Source of the DNA: a virus
Lineage: Duplodnaviria > Caudoviricetes
Direction: 5' to 3' (one strand)
Length of the DNA: 64,000 nucleotides
IMG/VR virus record: IMGVR_UViG_3300037047_000162
Coordinates: 3,566 to 67,565 of that record
This document shows positions 44,969 to 55,421 of the stretch, piece by piece (position 1 is the first letter of the stretch; every line of letters begins with the position of its first letter). The notes under the pieces were generated by a model. It was not told the DNA's origin and did not search any database. It saw only the letters and a program-made list of their open reading frames with translations. The position numbers and the translations under genes are program-made.

Positions 44969-45642
44969 TTCGTCACCTCCGCGACTTTGGCTTCGATTTC
45001 CGCAGCCGTTTTGGCCAGCGGGCCGTTCCACAGCAGCACGGCTCCGTTGCCGTCCGCCTTGGCTCGCGAAATGAACACCCACGGCAGCGGTTTCCCGGCG
45101 GGGATCTTGGCGACATACGCCTTCACACGGGCATCGTCGGCCGCGGGGCTGAACTCCAGGTGCGTCACGTCGCTCTGACGGCTGTCGGACCAGGTGCGGA
45201 GCTTCGAGAGCACTTCGGCCTCGTCGACCGTCAGATCGGCTGCGTCGCGGATGATCACGATCGCCACCGGGCCGGTGGTCTGCGACGGCGCGATCGGAAC
45301 GTCTTCCGGTTTCGGCGGAGCGACCGGGGCCACGGCGCCCAGCGTCTTGACGGTCACTTGCGGCTGGGGGAACTTCTGATCCGGCGGGAAGTAGAGCACC
45401 AGGTACGCTCCGGCCGGGCCTTCCCAGACGATGCCGGCGCCCTGGTTGATCGGCTCGGCGGCGACGGGCAGCATCGAGGGCGAGGCGAACACGAGCCAGC
45501 CGCCAGCCTTCTCGGCGATCACTACGCCCACGGCCTTGTCGGGCGCGGACGGGAACTCTTTCGAGGCCGTCAGCGACTGGCCGTAAGACGCGGCCGTCAA
45601 CAGCAGAGCGGCGAGAAAGGCGAGCGGTCCGAGTGGTCGCAT
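44965..45642 (-). CDS. Exported protein with a C-terminal thioredoxin-like-fold domain
   Basis: Signal peptide; Pro-rich linker; LPWVFIS...LLWNGPL. Confidence 0.55.
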   Translation of the reverse strand: MRPLGPLAFLAALLLTAASYGQSLTASKEFPSAPDKAVGVVIAEKAGGWLVFASPSMLPVAAEPINQGAGIVWEGPAGAYLVLYFPPDQKFPQPQVTVKTLGAVAPVAPPKPEDVPIAPSQTTGPVAIVIIRDAADLTVDEAEVLSKLRTWSDSRQSDVTHLEFSPAADDARVKAYVAKIPAGKPLPWVFISRAKADGNGAVLLWNGPLAKTAAEIEAKVAEVTK

Positions 45643-45798
45643 GTTTCGTACTCCGCAAGGCCGGGCGGCATCCTGCCCGCATCTTGCTCCCGGCAAATCC
45701 AAGAAACAAAAAAAGCCCGCAGGAAGGCGACACTCCCACCCGACCATCACTGTCGGATCAAGTGCCGCCATCCTGCGGGCTCTGTTTTGAATTTAGAG

Positions 45799-46014
45799 TC
45801 AGGCGCGAGAAGTGTCAATCGCATCAGCCGATTTTTTCTCACGATGTGATTTGCATTCGTTAGTGAGTTTACGCAACTCACTGCGAACGATCGTCATATC
45901 ATCGGGCGCCGAGATCTCAAGTCTCGCTCGCCCACCCACAACTCTCACCTTGATGTGGATATGATCTCCGATATCGACGCCCTCTCCGTTGCTGCGAGTG
46001 AGTACCAGTGCCAT
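45799..46014 (-). CDS. csrA: Carbon storage regulator-like RNA-binding protein
   Basis: LVLTRSNGEGVDIGDHIHIKV...RLEISAPDDMTIVRSEL. Confidence 0.85.
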   Translation of the reverse strand: MALVLTRSNGEGVDIGDHIHIKVRVVGGRARLEISAPDDMTIVRSELRKLTNECKSHREKKSADAIDTSRA

Positions 46015-46042
46015 GTTGCTTCCTTTCGATTCGAGTACCTCG

Positions 46043-46291
46043 TTATCTCTCGCCGTCGAGAATCACCTCCGCCGCCGCATCGTCAGCATCTTCGACCCGT
46101 TCGTCGAAAGCGCCGAACCGGCTGAGCACGCTGACCTCCGGAACAACCCAGCGTTTTTCGGGCGTTCCCGCTCGTTTCCGCCGCTGCTGCTCGCTCCAAC
46201 CGGCCTGAATCCGCTCGCAGGCACGGCGGATTTCCTGCTCGGTCGGCGGGGGAACGGTTGGTATCCCATCACAATCTCGATATCCGGCCAT
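46043..46291 (-). CDS. Small hypothetical protein
   Basis: PTEQEIRRACERIQAGWS; AAAGGAG RBS. Confidence 0.55.
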   Translation of the reverse strand: MAGYRDCDGIPTVPPPTEQEIRRACERIQAGWSEQQRRKRAGTPEKRWVVPEVSVLSRFGAFDERVEDADDAAAEVILDGER

Positions 46292-46657
46292 GCGTTGACT
46301 CCTTTCGCTTGACTCGATTGCTCACTACTGGAACGGAAACGGCCTGCTGGAACGGCGGTGGAACAAAGCAAGTCGTTACGCACAATGAACTTACGTCGCG
46401 TGTTCCACCTGTGTCGCTTGTTACGCCGAAAAATGGAGGCCATACATGGAAAGATCAACTTGGGGTCACATACACGGTCATACATGAAAAAACTCATGCG
46501 ACCCTCAAAACACTGGTACAGGTGGAACAAGAGGAACAGAGGTATAAAGAGAGGAGGAGGAGAGAGAACTTAACTTATTATATATCAATACCTTATCTCT
46601 TATCTCTATTACCATTACTTCTTGTTCCACTTAGTGTTCTACCTGTTCCAGTAAACC

Positions 46658-48517
46658 TCAGAATGATTCACTATAAGAGGGGTTCTGTTGTTCATGTCCT
46701 ACCTGTCCCATGAAGGTCGAAAGAAACTCGTCCAGCTGAAAGGCGATGCAGCCGATCGGTATCTTCCCGACTCGTTGCTTGATGTACTCCGCGCCAGTCA
46801 CTCGCCGCAGGTACTGGTCGATCGGCTGTCCTTCCCATCGCGAGCCCTGCAGCAGCTTCTCTTTGATCGTTCGGTAGGCGAACAGGATCATGGTCGGTCC
46901 AGCTCGATAGAAGATCCGAATCCCGTAGCTTTCCAACGTTTCCGACCACTCATCCCGCTCGCTTTGGGAATTCGCGTGCGAGAGGATGAAGTCCAATGCC
47001 TGTGCGACGGTCTTTCGCTTGGTCTGCCACTGGACGTTCGCCGTCAACACATCCGAGATCAGCGTTGTTTCATCCGTCTCGACCGGGGTGTCCTGCTTGG
47101 TTTCCAAGAGCATGGTCTGCAGGAGTCCGGCAGCGGCTTCGGCGTCCATGCCCAGCAGCGTGGCGATCATCGCCGCTGGCACGGCGTAGCTTTCGACCAG
47201 CCGTTGGTCCACGTCGTCGATCTTTTCGTCTTTCAGCGCCAAGGCCGTTTTGCGGGCCTCCCTGCAGGCCCAGAGAGCCGCGGCGAGGCTTCGCTGGCCT
47301 AGATCGCGCAATTCGTCCGGCGACGGCAGGCGCAATTTCCCGGCCAGTTCGCTTAGCGGCTTCTGCAGGTTCAACATGATCGCCCGGTTCCTGTCGGCCT
47401 GGTCGTCATAGGACAACGAGATCCCGGCCACCCACACGAGATGGCGCAGGGTGAACTCCATCGCCTTGCCCGATCCGGTCCCGCGGAGCGCCGCCGTTCC
47501 CCGGCTGGCCGAGCGAAGCATTTCCAGGATCTCCCGCTGGCGGGCGACCTTGGCGCGATTCTTCGCATCCACCTCGTCCACGATCACCACGCTGGCGGAG
47601 TTGCAGATCTTCTGCCTCAGTCCCGCCGCGGTCGTGTCCGAGGTCATGATCACCAGGCCGTGGAACAGTTCCGTTAGCGCCCCGCAGAGTATCGACTTGC
47701 CCGTGTTGGTCGCGCCCAGCACGTCGATTCGCGGCCGCCACGCCCAGATCGTCTGGACCCACGTGGCCAGCACCAGGCCGGAGGCGATCAGAGCGTCGTG
47801 CTTTCCCTGCCAGCGCCAGCGGCGGAATAGGTTCACCAGGTCATCGGCGACGTTTTCGCGGAACGCAACGTCCTTCGCCTGATCGAGCAGGCCGACGAGA
47901 TGGTCGTAGTCGTACCACGGGGCGGCTCCGCTCTCGAACGACAGCAGCTGGCCGCGGTGGCGCGGGTGCGTGATGCGTTCGATGTGGCCGTTGTAGTGCA
48001 TCGCCTCGCTGGCGTTGACGAGCACGACGGCCTGTTCGTCGCGGCCGGCTTCGTCCTGGACCGGCCAGCAGCCGAGCCCCAGCTTGGTCTCGTCGGACAG
48101 CAACCGGCAGGACGCCAGCAGCCCGATCGCGCGGCGGACTTCGACGACAGGGTACATGCCCGGCACGTCGTCTTGTGCCGACGACAGCACGCACCGCTTG
48201 ACGGGCACGCCGAACAGTTCGACAAGGTCGTCGTACTTGAGCCGTGCCAAGCCGTTGAATCGAACCGTTCGCCGCAGGTGGGACGAGTAGGCTTCGATCT
48301 GCCGCTCCTCGGTCTTGCCAAGCACGTCGATCTGCAGCAAGTCGGCAATCTGCCGCTCGGTGAAATAGTCCAGATCCGTCACGGGTGCCGTGGCGGCGTC
48401 GCCATTGACCGCAGCGGCCGGATACTCGGGGGCCGGGGGCTGCCACACCGGGGCAGCTTCCCACAGCGCCAGCAGGTCCGCGTAGGTTCGCGGCGTCAGT
48501 TTCGTTGTCTCGTTCAT
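46658..48517 (-). CDS. Replicative helicase-like ATPase (primase-associated)
   Basis: GATNTGKS Walker A, VIVDEVD Walker B; coupled to the primase gene. Confidence 0.7.
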   Translation of the reverse strand: MNETTKLTPRTYADLLALWEAAPVWQPPAPEYPAAAVNGDAATAPVTDLDYFTERQIADLLQIDVLGKTEERQIEAYSSHLRRTVRFNGLARLKYDDLVELFGVPVKRCVLSSAQDDVPGMYPVVEVRRAIGLLASCRLLSDETKLGLGCWPVQDEAGRDEQAVVLVNASEAMHYNGHIERITHPRHRGQLLSFESGAAPWYDYDHLVGLLDQAKDVAFRENVADDLVNLFRRWRWQGKHDALIASGLVLATWVQTIWAWRPRIDVLGATNTGKSILCGALTELFHGLVIMTSDTTAAGLRQKICNSASVVIVDEVDAKNRAKVARQREILEMLRSASRGTAALRGTGSGKAMEFTLRHLVWVAGISLSYDDQADRNRAIMLNLQKPLSELAGKLRLPSPDELRDLGQRSLAAALWACREARKTALALKDEKIDDVDQRLVESYAVPAAMIATLLGMDAEAAAGLLQTMLLETKQDTPVETDETTLISDVLTANVQWQTKRKTVAQALDFILSHANSQSERDEWSETLESYGIRIFYRAGPTMILFAYRTIKEKLLQGSRWEGQPIDQYLRRVTGAEYIKQRVGKIPIGCIAFQLDEFLSTFMGQVGHEQQNPSYSESF

Positions 48518-48520
48518 CGG

Positions 48521-49639
48521 TCACTCCGTTCGGCTTGCAGCCTGTTCTCCCAACAGATAATCCCGCACGTCCTTGCCGTGCTTCCGCTCGATGTCCCACG
48601 GCAGCCGGACGACGCGTATTTCGGCGGCCACGCCGTCGAGTGCCCGGCACCACTTCTCCGCCCCCACCTGCCCGGCGTCATCGCAGTCCCCAACCACGGC
48701 GACGCGGAGCCCGGCCAGGAGCTTGGCCTGGTGGGCCTGCACTTCGGCCGTGGCGCCACCGGCCTGCGTGACGATCGCCACGGTCTCGCGTGTTTCCGGG
48801 GGCAGCGAGGCCCACAGGGTGAGCAGGTCGCTCGGGCCTTCGGTCTTCCAGACCAGTTCGATCTTGGCGCGGCGGTCCGGATCGCAGAGCAGCATCAGCG
48901 ACGAGAGCCCCATCAGCGTGCCGGCGGTGGGGCCGACCGACAGATGTCTGGCTAACACGGGAGGCTCGGTCGGCGGCATGTCTTTCGGCGTCACGTCGAA
49001 CGGCTGGCCTGTCACGTCGAAGACCTGCCACGCCACCGGATCGGCATCGAGGAACCACTGGCCGTAGCACGGGAAGGCGATCACCTGGTGACAGTTTCGC
49101 GCCCGCCGCTTTTTGCCGGTCTTCTGGTCGATCCAGCACGGGTAGTAGGCGAGCACGCCGCCCGCCGCCTTGATCGCCTCGACGGTGATGCCGGGCTTGG
49201 CCACGATGCACCAACGCTGTGCCAGCACGTCGTTGCCGGGCGTGTCCCAGCTCTGCAGTTCGAGTTTCTCTCGCCAGTCGGTGACGTTCTTGTCTCTGGC
49301 TTTTTCGCGGCCGATGGTCACGCCGACCTTCTCGGCGTAGGCTTTTCGCGCGGCCTTCCAGTCCGGGAAGCGGCCGACCTTGACGGCGAAGTCCCACAGC
49401 GACATGGTGTAAGCCGCCGCGTCGCTTCCGCCGCTGTCCCCGTAGCAGCCGGAGCGGATGTTGATCCAGGCCGACGGCGAACGGTCCTCGCGGCCGTAGG
49501 CAAAGCAGCTGACCATGCCCGACGCCCGCGGCTGGCCCCGCAGGCGGACGCCCAGCAATTCGTATTCGGCCGCGACATCAAGCCGTGACAGGATCTCCGC
49601 GTTGATTTCCTGCGGAGTGCGTTGCTCAGCCATCGCCAT
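48521..49639 (-). CDS. DNA primase-like (TOPRIM) protein
   Basis: N-terminal CF...REDRSPSAWIN; KTEGPSDLL...VVGDCDDAG...KDVRD. Confidence 0.8.
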   Translation of the reverse strand: MAMAEQRTPQEINAEILSRLDVAAEYELLGVRLRGQPRASGMVSCFAYGREDRSPSAWINIRSGCYGDSGGSDAAAYTMSLWDFAVKVGRFPDWKAARKAYAEKVGVTIGREKARDKNVTDWREKLELQSWDTPGNDVLAQRWCIVAKPGITVEAIKAAGGVLAYYPCWIDQKTGKKRRARNCHQVIAFPCYGQWFLDADPVAWQVFDVTGQPFDVTPKDMPPTEPPVLARHLSVGPTAGTLMGLSSLMLLCDPDRRAKIELVWKTEGPSDLLTLWASLPPETRETVAIVTQAGGATAEVQAHQAKLLAGLRVAVVGDCDDAGQVGAEKWCRALDGVAAEIRVVRLPWDIERKHGKDVRDYLLGEQAASRTE

Positions 49640-50177
49640 GCTCCTTCCACCATTTCAACATGACCTTGAACGCCAACAGTTCCGCCCGCCGCCGGTCGCC
49701 GGCAAACAGCCAGTGGACGCCGTACCGCTGGGGCCAGGACGCGACGGCGCCCAGGATCGACTCACTCGTGACCCGGCGACCGGCCTCCTGGTCCAGTTCG
49801 TCGCAGATCGCGGCCAGGGAGCCTTCCACGATCACGCAGGCAAAGCCCCCGGCCGCGACGACGGCCTGCATCCGCTCGTGCTCGCGCCGGAACCGGGCGT
49901 TGCCGGCCGTCACCGAGCCAACCAGGTCGGATGCCGATTTTCGCTCGACAACGAGGCGGTCTTCGCAACCGGCGATCGAGTAATCGCCGGTCTGCAGGGT
50001 CGCCACCCGGCGGCGAACGATCCAGAGCCGCCGTTCGACCAGCAATCCCTGGAACGCCCAGGGGGCTTGTTCGCGGGTGTCTTGCAGGACCGTAAAAGGG
50101 CAGACGAACAGATCGAGGTCTGCCGCTTCCCGTGCGGGCAGCTTCGGTAACGACGTTGGCAGCCGGCAAATGACCAT
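49626..50177 (-). CDS. ERCC4-domain nuclease
   Basis: DTREQAP, LQTGDYSI, VVERKSASDL. Confidence 0.9.
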   Translation of the reverse strand: MVICRLPTSLPKLPAREAADLDLFVCPFTVLQDTREQAPWAFQGLLVERRLWIVRRRVATLQTGDYSIAGCEDRLVVERKSASDLVGSVTAGNARFRREHERMQAVVAAGGFACVIVEGSLAAICDELDQEAGRRVTSESILGAVASWPQRYGVHWLFAGDRRRAELLAFKVMLKWWKEHGDG

Positions 50178-50759
50178 CTAGCTTCGCCTCTTGATTCTGC
50201 GATTGACTGTGAACCCCAGAGCTGTCTGCTCGACGATTTCGATTTCTTGCGTGACGTGGTGCCTGCGGAACTCCATCTTGTTCACGGGGTTGTCCGGCCG
50301 CCTGTCGAATCTGAGCACTTCGATCAGGCCGGCGGGAGACCCAGCCTCCCAGGACAAACCGTTCTCCGTGAGCTTGCCCCACCATACGTGGTCGTGCTCG
50401 TCCGGCCTTTCACCTGGAAGCCTGAGCACGTAGACCCCAAAGTGCCAAAGCTGGACAGGCGGTCTCTGAACTCTCTGAACCCGCACGGAATGCCCGCAAG
50501 TGCAGAGCAATTGGTGGTGGTAATACAAGATCTCGATTTGGTGCGGGTCGGGGATGGCGTTATGCGTCTTCAGTTCCACAACCATTGCCAACTGAAGATC
50601 TCGTGTGCCGCAGTTGTCCACGGACGTCTTGTACTTGTGGAACAACCAGTCTGCGTCGTTGACGGTCAAACTGTACTTGGTCGATTCAAGCTCTCGATGG
50701 CTTCGGCACCAGAACCCGAAAGGCGTCTCTTCAGCCGAGTTGAGTCTTCCCTTTGTCAT
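50178..50759 (-). CDS. Hypothetical protein (possible PD-(D/E)xK fold)
   Basis: DADWL...VVELKT; ATGA overlap. Confidence 0.5.
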   Translation of the reverse strand: MTKGRLNSAEETPFGFWCRSHRELESTKYSLTVNDADWLFHKYKTSVDNCGTRDLQLAMVVELKTHNAIPDPHQIEILYYHHQLLCTCGHSVRVQRVQRPPVQLWHFGVYVLRLPGERPDEHDHVWWGKLTENGLSWEAGSPAGLIEVLRFDRRPDNPVNKMEFRRHHVTQEIEIVEQTALGFTVNRRIKRRS

Positions 50760-52021
50760 GGCACCCTCCATACCACGATCTCGCGCGTCAGCACGAGGCA
50801 GCGTTTGTTCTCCTTCGCCCATTCGACCATCTGAGCAGTGCATTGCTGCGACTCGTAAGGGACCGAGTACCGCATCTCTACGGGCAACTTGACGGTCCGG
50901 AGCATGTCGCCAACGTGGTCTGTGAAACCACGGTTTGGGGCTTTCCATTGCGTTGGCTGGATGATGAGCGCGATGAATGCTTTCGCCAGCTTCTTGGCAA
51001 AGCCGTTGATCGCGCCGGCCAGTGCTCTGTTGAACTCATCCAACGGCATGTTGGCCAAGTCGCTGGCGTCTTTGCTGTACTGACCTTCCGCCTGCTTCCA
51101 GTAAGGAGGGTCCAGGTAGATAAGCCGAACATCTCCCCAGCGGCCTTTGAGGTCAGGCAGTCCTTCCGTGATGTCGAGCCTGCGGATTTCTTTCTCGCGT
51201 TCGACGATGGGCGAGCGGTCGCTGACGTAATAACGCCGCAATCGCCTGCGGCAAAGGTCGATGGTTGAACCGCCACCAGCAAACGGATCGACAACGATGT
51301 CGAACGGTGCTGTGTAGAGGTAGAGCAGGTTGTCCAGCCAGCGGACTTCGGAGTTGCCGAAATGACTTGATCCGGCCGTCTTGGCCTGCTGTTTCCAGAT
51401 GTTGTAAATCGGTGGCTCGAAATCGGTCGCGTGCTCGGCGGCGGCCTGCTGCGGTTTCCCAAGTTTCGGCAAGTCTGCCGTTTCTTGGGTTACTTGTCGA
51501 ACAGCTTCCTCGGTCAGGTTCACATCGTCTGCGATCTCCTTGTTGGTCCAGCACGCCAGCCACAGATCGAAGATCCTACGGTTGCGTGCTTCCTTCGCAT
51601 CCTTGTCCATTCGACTGAGCCATTCGCGGACCGTGCGTTCGGACACGGACAGAATCTTGGCCAGACGTTTTTTCTTTGCGTCACGGTCGCGCTCTGCGGC
51701 CGCCGCGTAAATCCTCCGCGCCATGTCCCGCTTGTCCGATTGCGACAGTTGCAAGCCGTGGCTCGCGTTGCGTTCAATTGCCAACTCCAGCAGTTCCGCA
51801 TCGCTGGCCGTTTTCGTGACCGTGGCTTCGATTTCCTCGGCGCCCCTTTTCTTGTGCGCCGTCCACCGGTGCCAGCCGTCAATCAGCTCCTTGTTCTGGT
51901 TTACCTCGATTGGTGGAAGAACGTCCAAGTCCTCCGCGTATTTCTGAACCGTTGCGGCCGACGTTTCGATCCGCGGGTATAGGTCGTCGCGAAAAACGAT
52001 TTCATCTACTCTGTACTTCAC
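50756..52021 (-). CDS. ParB-like / HTH / DNA amino-methyltransferase fusion
   Basis: LIDGWHRW; HTH; VVDPFAGGGS; IYLDPPYW. Confidence 0.85.
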   Translation of the reverse strand: MKYRVDEIVFRDDLYPRIETSAATVQKYAEDLDVLPPIEVNQNKELIDGWHRWTAHKKRGAEEIEATVTKTASDAELLELAIERNASHGLQLSQSDKRDMARRIYAAAAERDRDAKKKRLAKILSVSERTVREWLSRMDKDAKEARNRRIFDLWLACWTNKEIADDVNLTEEAVRQVTQETADLPKLGKPQQAAAEHATDFEPPIYNIWKQQAKTAGSSHFGNSEVRWLDNLLYLYTAPFDIVVDPFAGGGSTIDLCRRRLRRYYVSDRSPIVEREKEIRRLDITEGLPDLKGRWGDVRLIYLDPPYWKQAEGQYSKDASDLANMPLDEFNRALAGAINGFAKKLAKAFIALIIQPTQWKAPNRGFTDHVGDMLRTVKLPVEMRYSVPYESQQCTAQMVEWAKENKRCLVLTREIVVWRVP

Positions 52022-52037
52022 GAGATCACTCCTTTTG

Positions 52038-54455
52038 CTACCACAAATCCGAATCAGAAATCCTGAGCCGCACGCCGGCCTTTGCCGCCAGTTGGCGGAT
52101 TGTCTCGACCATCCAGGTCTTGCGGCGGTTGATGAATGGACGGCGACACATACCATCGGCGACGTGCTTCATTCCGACCAAGAAGGCGGCCTTTTGCGCT
52201 CTCGAAATGGACGTGTACGCCCATTCCCGACTGCACACACCGAACTCGCCAGAGGCGCCCGGATACTCATCGAGGCACGTAATCACGATGGGAAACTGTG
52301 ACCCCTGTGCCTTAAAAGTCGTGACGGCATAGGCCAGATCCAGATCGCACCCCGTATCCGCCCGCTCGTTGTCCTTTTGCGGGTCCTGCTTGCCGTTGGC
52401 CTTGGCGTGTTCGCCCTTCGTCTCGGGACCGGTGTCGTCGTCTTCGCTGTCTGATTTCCGCGAGCCCCGGAAGACGATCACCGGCTTGTCGCTGCTGGGG
52501 AACTGGACGATGGTTTTCTTTTCTTCAGCGTGAATCACGCGGCCAATCTCGCCGTTGGCCACGAGCGTCTTTTCCTCGGCCGACGTCCAGCCCTTTGATG
52601 TTGGCCGTTGCACCGCCAGCGGGATGAATGCGTTGCGCAGCTGGATCACCTTGTCACCCGCGCGAAACGGCGTCCGCTTGTCTCCGGCTTGGGGGTTGAG
52701 CAGCTCCTGCAGTTGCTTGTTCAGTAGTTTGCGGCTCAGCGTCGAACGGTCGTTGACGGCGACCAGCACCTGCACGTCCCAGATCGCGTCATACGGCGAC
52801 GAGTCGCGAAGCGATTCCAGCAGGTGGCAAACCACGGTCGGGGCGGTGGCCTTGCTGGCGGGAATCAGCATCAGATTCTTCGGGCCGCCCTCCGCCTGCA
52901 GGTCGATCTGATCGTCCGGCTGCCAGGGCTGGCCGTCGCAGATCGCGGAGCACACCCGCACAATCGTGCCCGCGTTGCGGTGGATTTCCTTCAACTCGCC
53001 GTAGGGCAGCCCCGCGGCAATCAGGTCCCGCAACGGGGCTCCGTATTCGACCGGCGGCAGCTGATTGACATCGCCCACGAACAGCACGCCACAACCGCGG
53101 GCGCGAGCAGCCAACAGCGATTTCAAGAGCCCGGTTCCGCACATGCTCGATTCCTCGACGATCAGGAAGCGGCACTTCAGCGGGTTGCGTTCGTCGTGTT
53201 GAAATCGCCAACCGCCTTCGTCGCACGAGGCCACGCCGAGCCCGCTGTGAATCGTGGTGGGTTTGACCCCGCTCAGCTTCGCCTCTGTCATCAGCTCCTT
53301 GACTCGCTGGGCGGCCTTGCCGGTCGGGGCCATGACCGCCACGCATTGACCGTGCTGGGCGAGGATCGCACGGACCAGGCGGACAAGCGTGAACGACTTC
53401 CCTGTCCCTGGCCGACCGCCCAGGATCGCAACCGGACCGGTCAACGCCGATTGAAGCTGCTCGCGCTGGTGGTCGGTTAGCTCGGCGAACTCGGGCCGAT
53501 CGAGGGACGGCCACTCGATGACCTCGGTCGCCATCGCATCGACGAGGTGACGGCACACGTAGTCTTCGGCCGCTGCGCGGCGGACATCGGCGGCCCACAC
53601 CCGGCCGTCGGAATCCTGCCGCGTCATCAGCAGCCCGCCGCGCCGAGCCAGCGTCAGCGCCTTGTCGGGCGAGACGTCGGAGCCGGCCACCGCCGCCTTC
53701 AAGTATTCGATGCCCTGTTCCCACTGCACCCAGACATGGCCCGCCTGGTCCGATTCCTTCGTGACCGCATACGTCAGGCAGTACGCCTGCCGCTTCAACC
53801 GCTGCGGTTGCTTGCCGAGGTCCAGGTAGAACTTGTCCGCTTTCAAAAATCCCACGCCGCGAAGAGCCATCGCGCGGTAGGGGTCGCGAGTCAGGGTGTC
53901 GACCGCTTCCGCTCCCCACAGCTTCAGCGCCTGCCGGACGCACGCTTTGCCGAAGCCGCGGCCGTCGAACAGGTCGTACAGTTGGATCGTGAGGTTTTCG
54001 GCCGCTTGCAGCGTTTTCAAGTCTTCAGCCGCTTCGCGGGCTTTCTCGATGGGGAACTTGGAACCAATGGCCTCGCTCGCCCTTTCCGGCTCTTCCCGGA
54101 GCACGCGGACCGCGTCGCCGCCGAACTCGTCCCAGAGCAATTCCGCGAAGGCGATGCCCACGTGACGGGCCTGCTGGAGATACTTCACGACGCCGGCGTG
54201 GCCATGCGGCTGAGCGGGTGCGAAACTGTCGAAGCGAAAGGCGTCACCGAACTGGTTCGATTCCCAGCGGCCCCAGAAGCGATACGGCAGCTGCGGCTTC
54301 ATCTCGCCCGGGTCGGCATCTCCCAACAGCGAGAATTGCCGCGGAAGCTGCTGGTTGACCGGCATTCCCTGCCGCGCCTTGGTGATCGCGAAGGACTCGC
54401 GGCGGTATTTTTCTTCGAGCGGTACGGCACAGATTTCAGTCAGTCGTGAAGCCAT
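52038..54455 (-). CDS. RecD2-like SF1B helicase
   Basis: DPY...[49 protein letters not shown]. Confidence 0.9.
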   Translation of the reverse strand: MASRLTEICAVPLEEKYRRESFAITKARQGMPVNQQLPRQFSLLGDADPGEMKPQLPYRFWGRWESNQFGDAFRFDSFAPAQPHGHAGVVKYLQQARHVGIAFAELLWDEFGGDAVRVLREEPERASEAIGSKFPIEKAREAAEDLKTLQAAENLTIQLYDLFDGRGFGKACVRQALKLWGAEAVDTLTRDPYRAMALRGVGFLKADKFYLDLGKQPQRLKRQAYCLTYAVTKESDQAGHVWVQWEQGIEYLKAAVAGSDVSPDKALTLARRGGLLMTRQDSDGRVWAADVRRAAAEDYVCRHLVDAMATEVIEWPSLDRPEFAELTDHQREQLQSALTGPVAILGGRPGTGKSFTLVRLVRAILAQHGQCVAVMAPTGKAAQRVKELMTEAKLSGVKPTTIHSGLGVASCDEGGWRFQHDERNPLKCRFLIVEESSMCGTGLLKSLLAARARGCGVLFVGDVNQLPPVEYGAPLRDLIAAGLPYGELKEIHRNAGTIVRVCSAICDGQPWQPDDQIDLQAEGGPKNLMLIPASKATAPTVVCHLLESLRDSSPYDAIWDVQVLVAVNDRSTLSRKLLNKQLQELLNPQAGDKRTPFRAGDKVIQLRNAFIPLAVQRPTSKGWTSAEEKTLVANGEIGRVIHAEEKKTIVQFPSSDKPVIVFRGSRKSDSEDDDTGPETKGEHAKANGKQDPQKDNERADTGCDLDLAYAVTTFKAQGSQFPIVITCLDEYPGASGEFGVCSREWAYTSISRAQKAAFLVGMKHVADGMCRRPFINRRKTWMVETIRQLAAKAGVRLRISDSDLW

Positions 54456-54619
54456 CGTTGCAACCCATTCCGTGTGATCTTCCCTGCCTGCAGCCGCTCA
54501 CCCGGCGCAGACAGCGAGCGCCCTGTCGGCGGCGGTGTGAAACCAAAGAGAAAGCCCGGCGGCGGGACGCTGCAAGAAACCGCCGCCGGGCGGTAGCGAG
54601 GAACGGAGCGGAAAACTCG

Positions 54620-55210
54620 CTACCAACTCATCGACGCCGCGGCGGCGGGCGTCGCGGGGCGGGCGGGAGCCGTCGGCCGTTGCACCTGGTGCTGAACCGG
54701 ATGCTGGCCGGTCGGGGCTTGCAGCATCGCCAGGAACTTCGGGTCCTTGGGGATGTCCTTCGCCTTGGCGTCGAACACGCCGAACGTGCGGAAGCCGAGC
54801 CGCGGGAACGGGCCGGGCTTCTCCGGGTCCACCTCGTACTGGCCGCTCACCGGGTGCTTCCGCTGCTTCAGTTCCATCTTGATCAGCCCGCACAGCTGCC
54901 GTCCTTTCAGCAGCGCTTCATTGACGTCCAGCCCGACGCCGGCATCCGACGCGTCCTTGCGCTGCTGGGCGGTGATCAGCCCGCACGCCTCGGCGATGTT
55001 CAGGAACATGTCCACGCGGCCATCATCCACGTTGAAGATTTCCGTGTGGGTCTTGCCGATCTGCTTCGGATCGGTGCAGCCGAGCACGCTGAACTTGATC
55101 TTGACGGCCGTGCCGTACTGGGTCTCGATCGTCGCGTCTTCGATCATCAGGTGGACTCCGCAGTCGATGTCGATCATGCGTTGTCCGGATCCTTGAGCAC
55201 ATTGAACCAT
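54620..55210 (-). CDS. Single-stranded-DNA-binding-like (OB-fold) phage protein
   Basis: Position next to the AAA recombinase; beta pattern; low-complexity C-terminal tail. Confidence 0.5.
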   Translation of the reverse strand: MVQCAQGSGQRMIDIDCGVHLMIEDATIETQYGTAVKIKFSVLGCTDPKQIGKTHTEIFNVDDGRVDMFLNIAEACGLITAQQRKDASDAGVGLDVNEALLKGRQLCGLIKMELKQRKHPVSGQYEVDPEKPGPFPRLGFRTFGVFDAKAKDIPKDPKFLAMLQAPTGQHPVQHQVQRPTAPARPATPAAAASMSW

Positions 55211-55214
55211 TGAA

Positions 55215-55421
55215 CTATCCTCCGTTGCTAAGAGAACTCGAACCAAGAACATGGGCCAACCGAGCGAGCTGGCGGCCCGTCAACTGCAAGTCGGGCGGAT
55301 AGGCAATCTCCCCGCCCTCGACAAACCAATCACAGATCGCCTGCCACACGGCCGGGCGTCCGTACACGTCGGCCAGCCGCTGGACTTCCGGCGGCCAGGC
55401 CAACGAGTCCAAGTACATCAA
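55215..55421 (-). CDS. Small hypothetical protein
   Basis: Overlaps the stop of the upstream AAA gene. Confidence 0.45.
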   Translation of the reverse strand: MMYLDSLAWPPEVQRLADVYGRPAVWQAICDWFVEGGEIAYPPDLQLTGRQLARLAHVLGSSSLSNGG

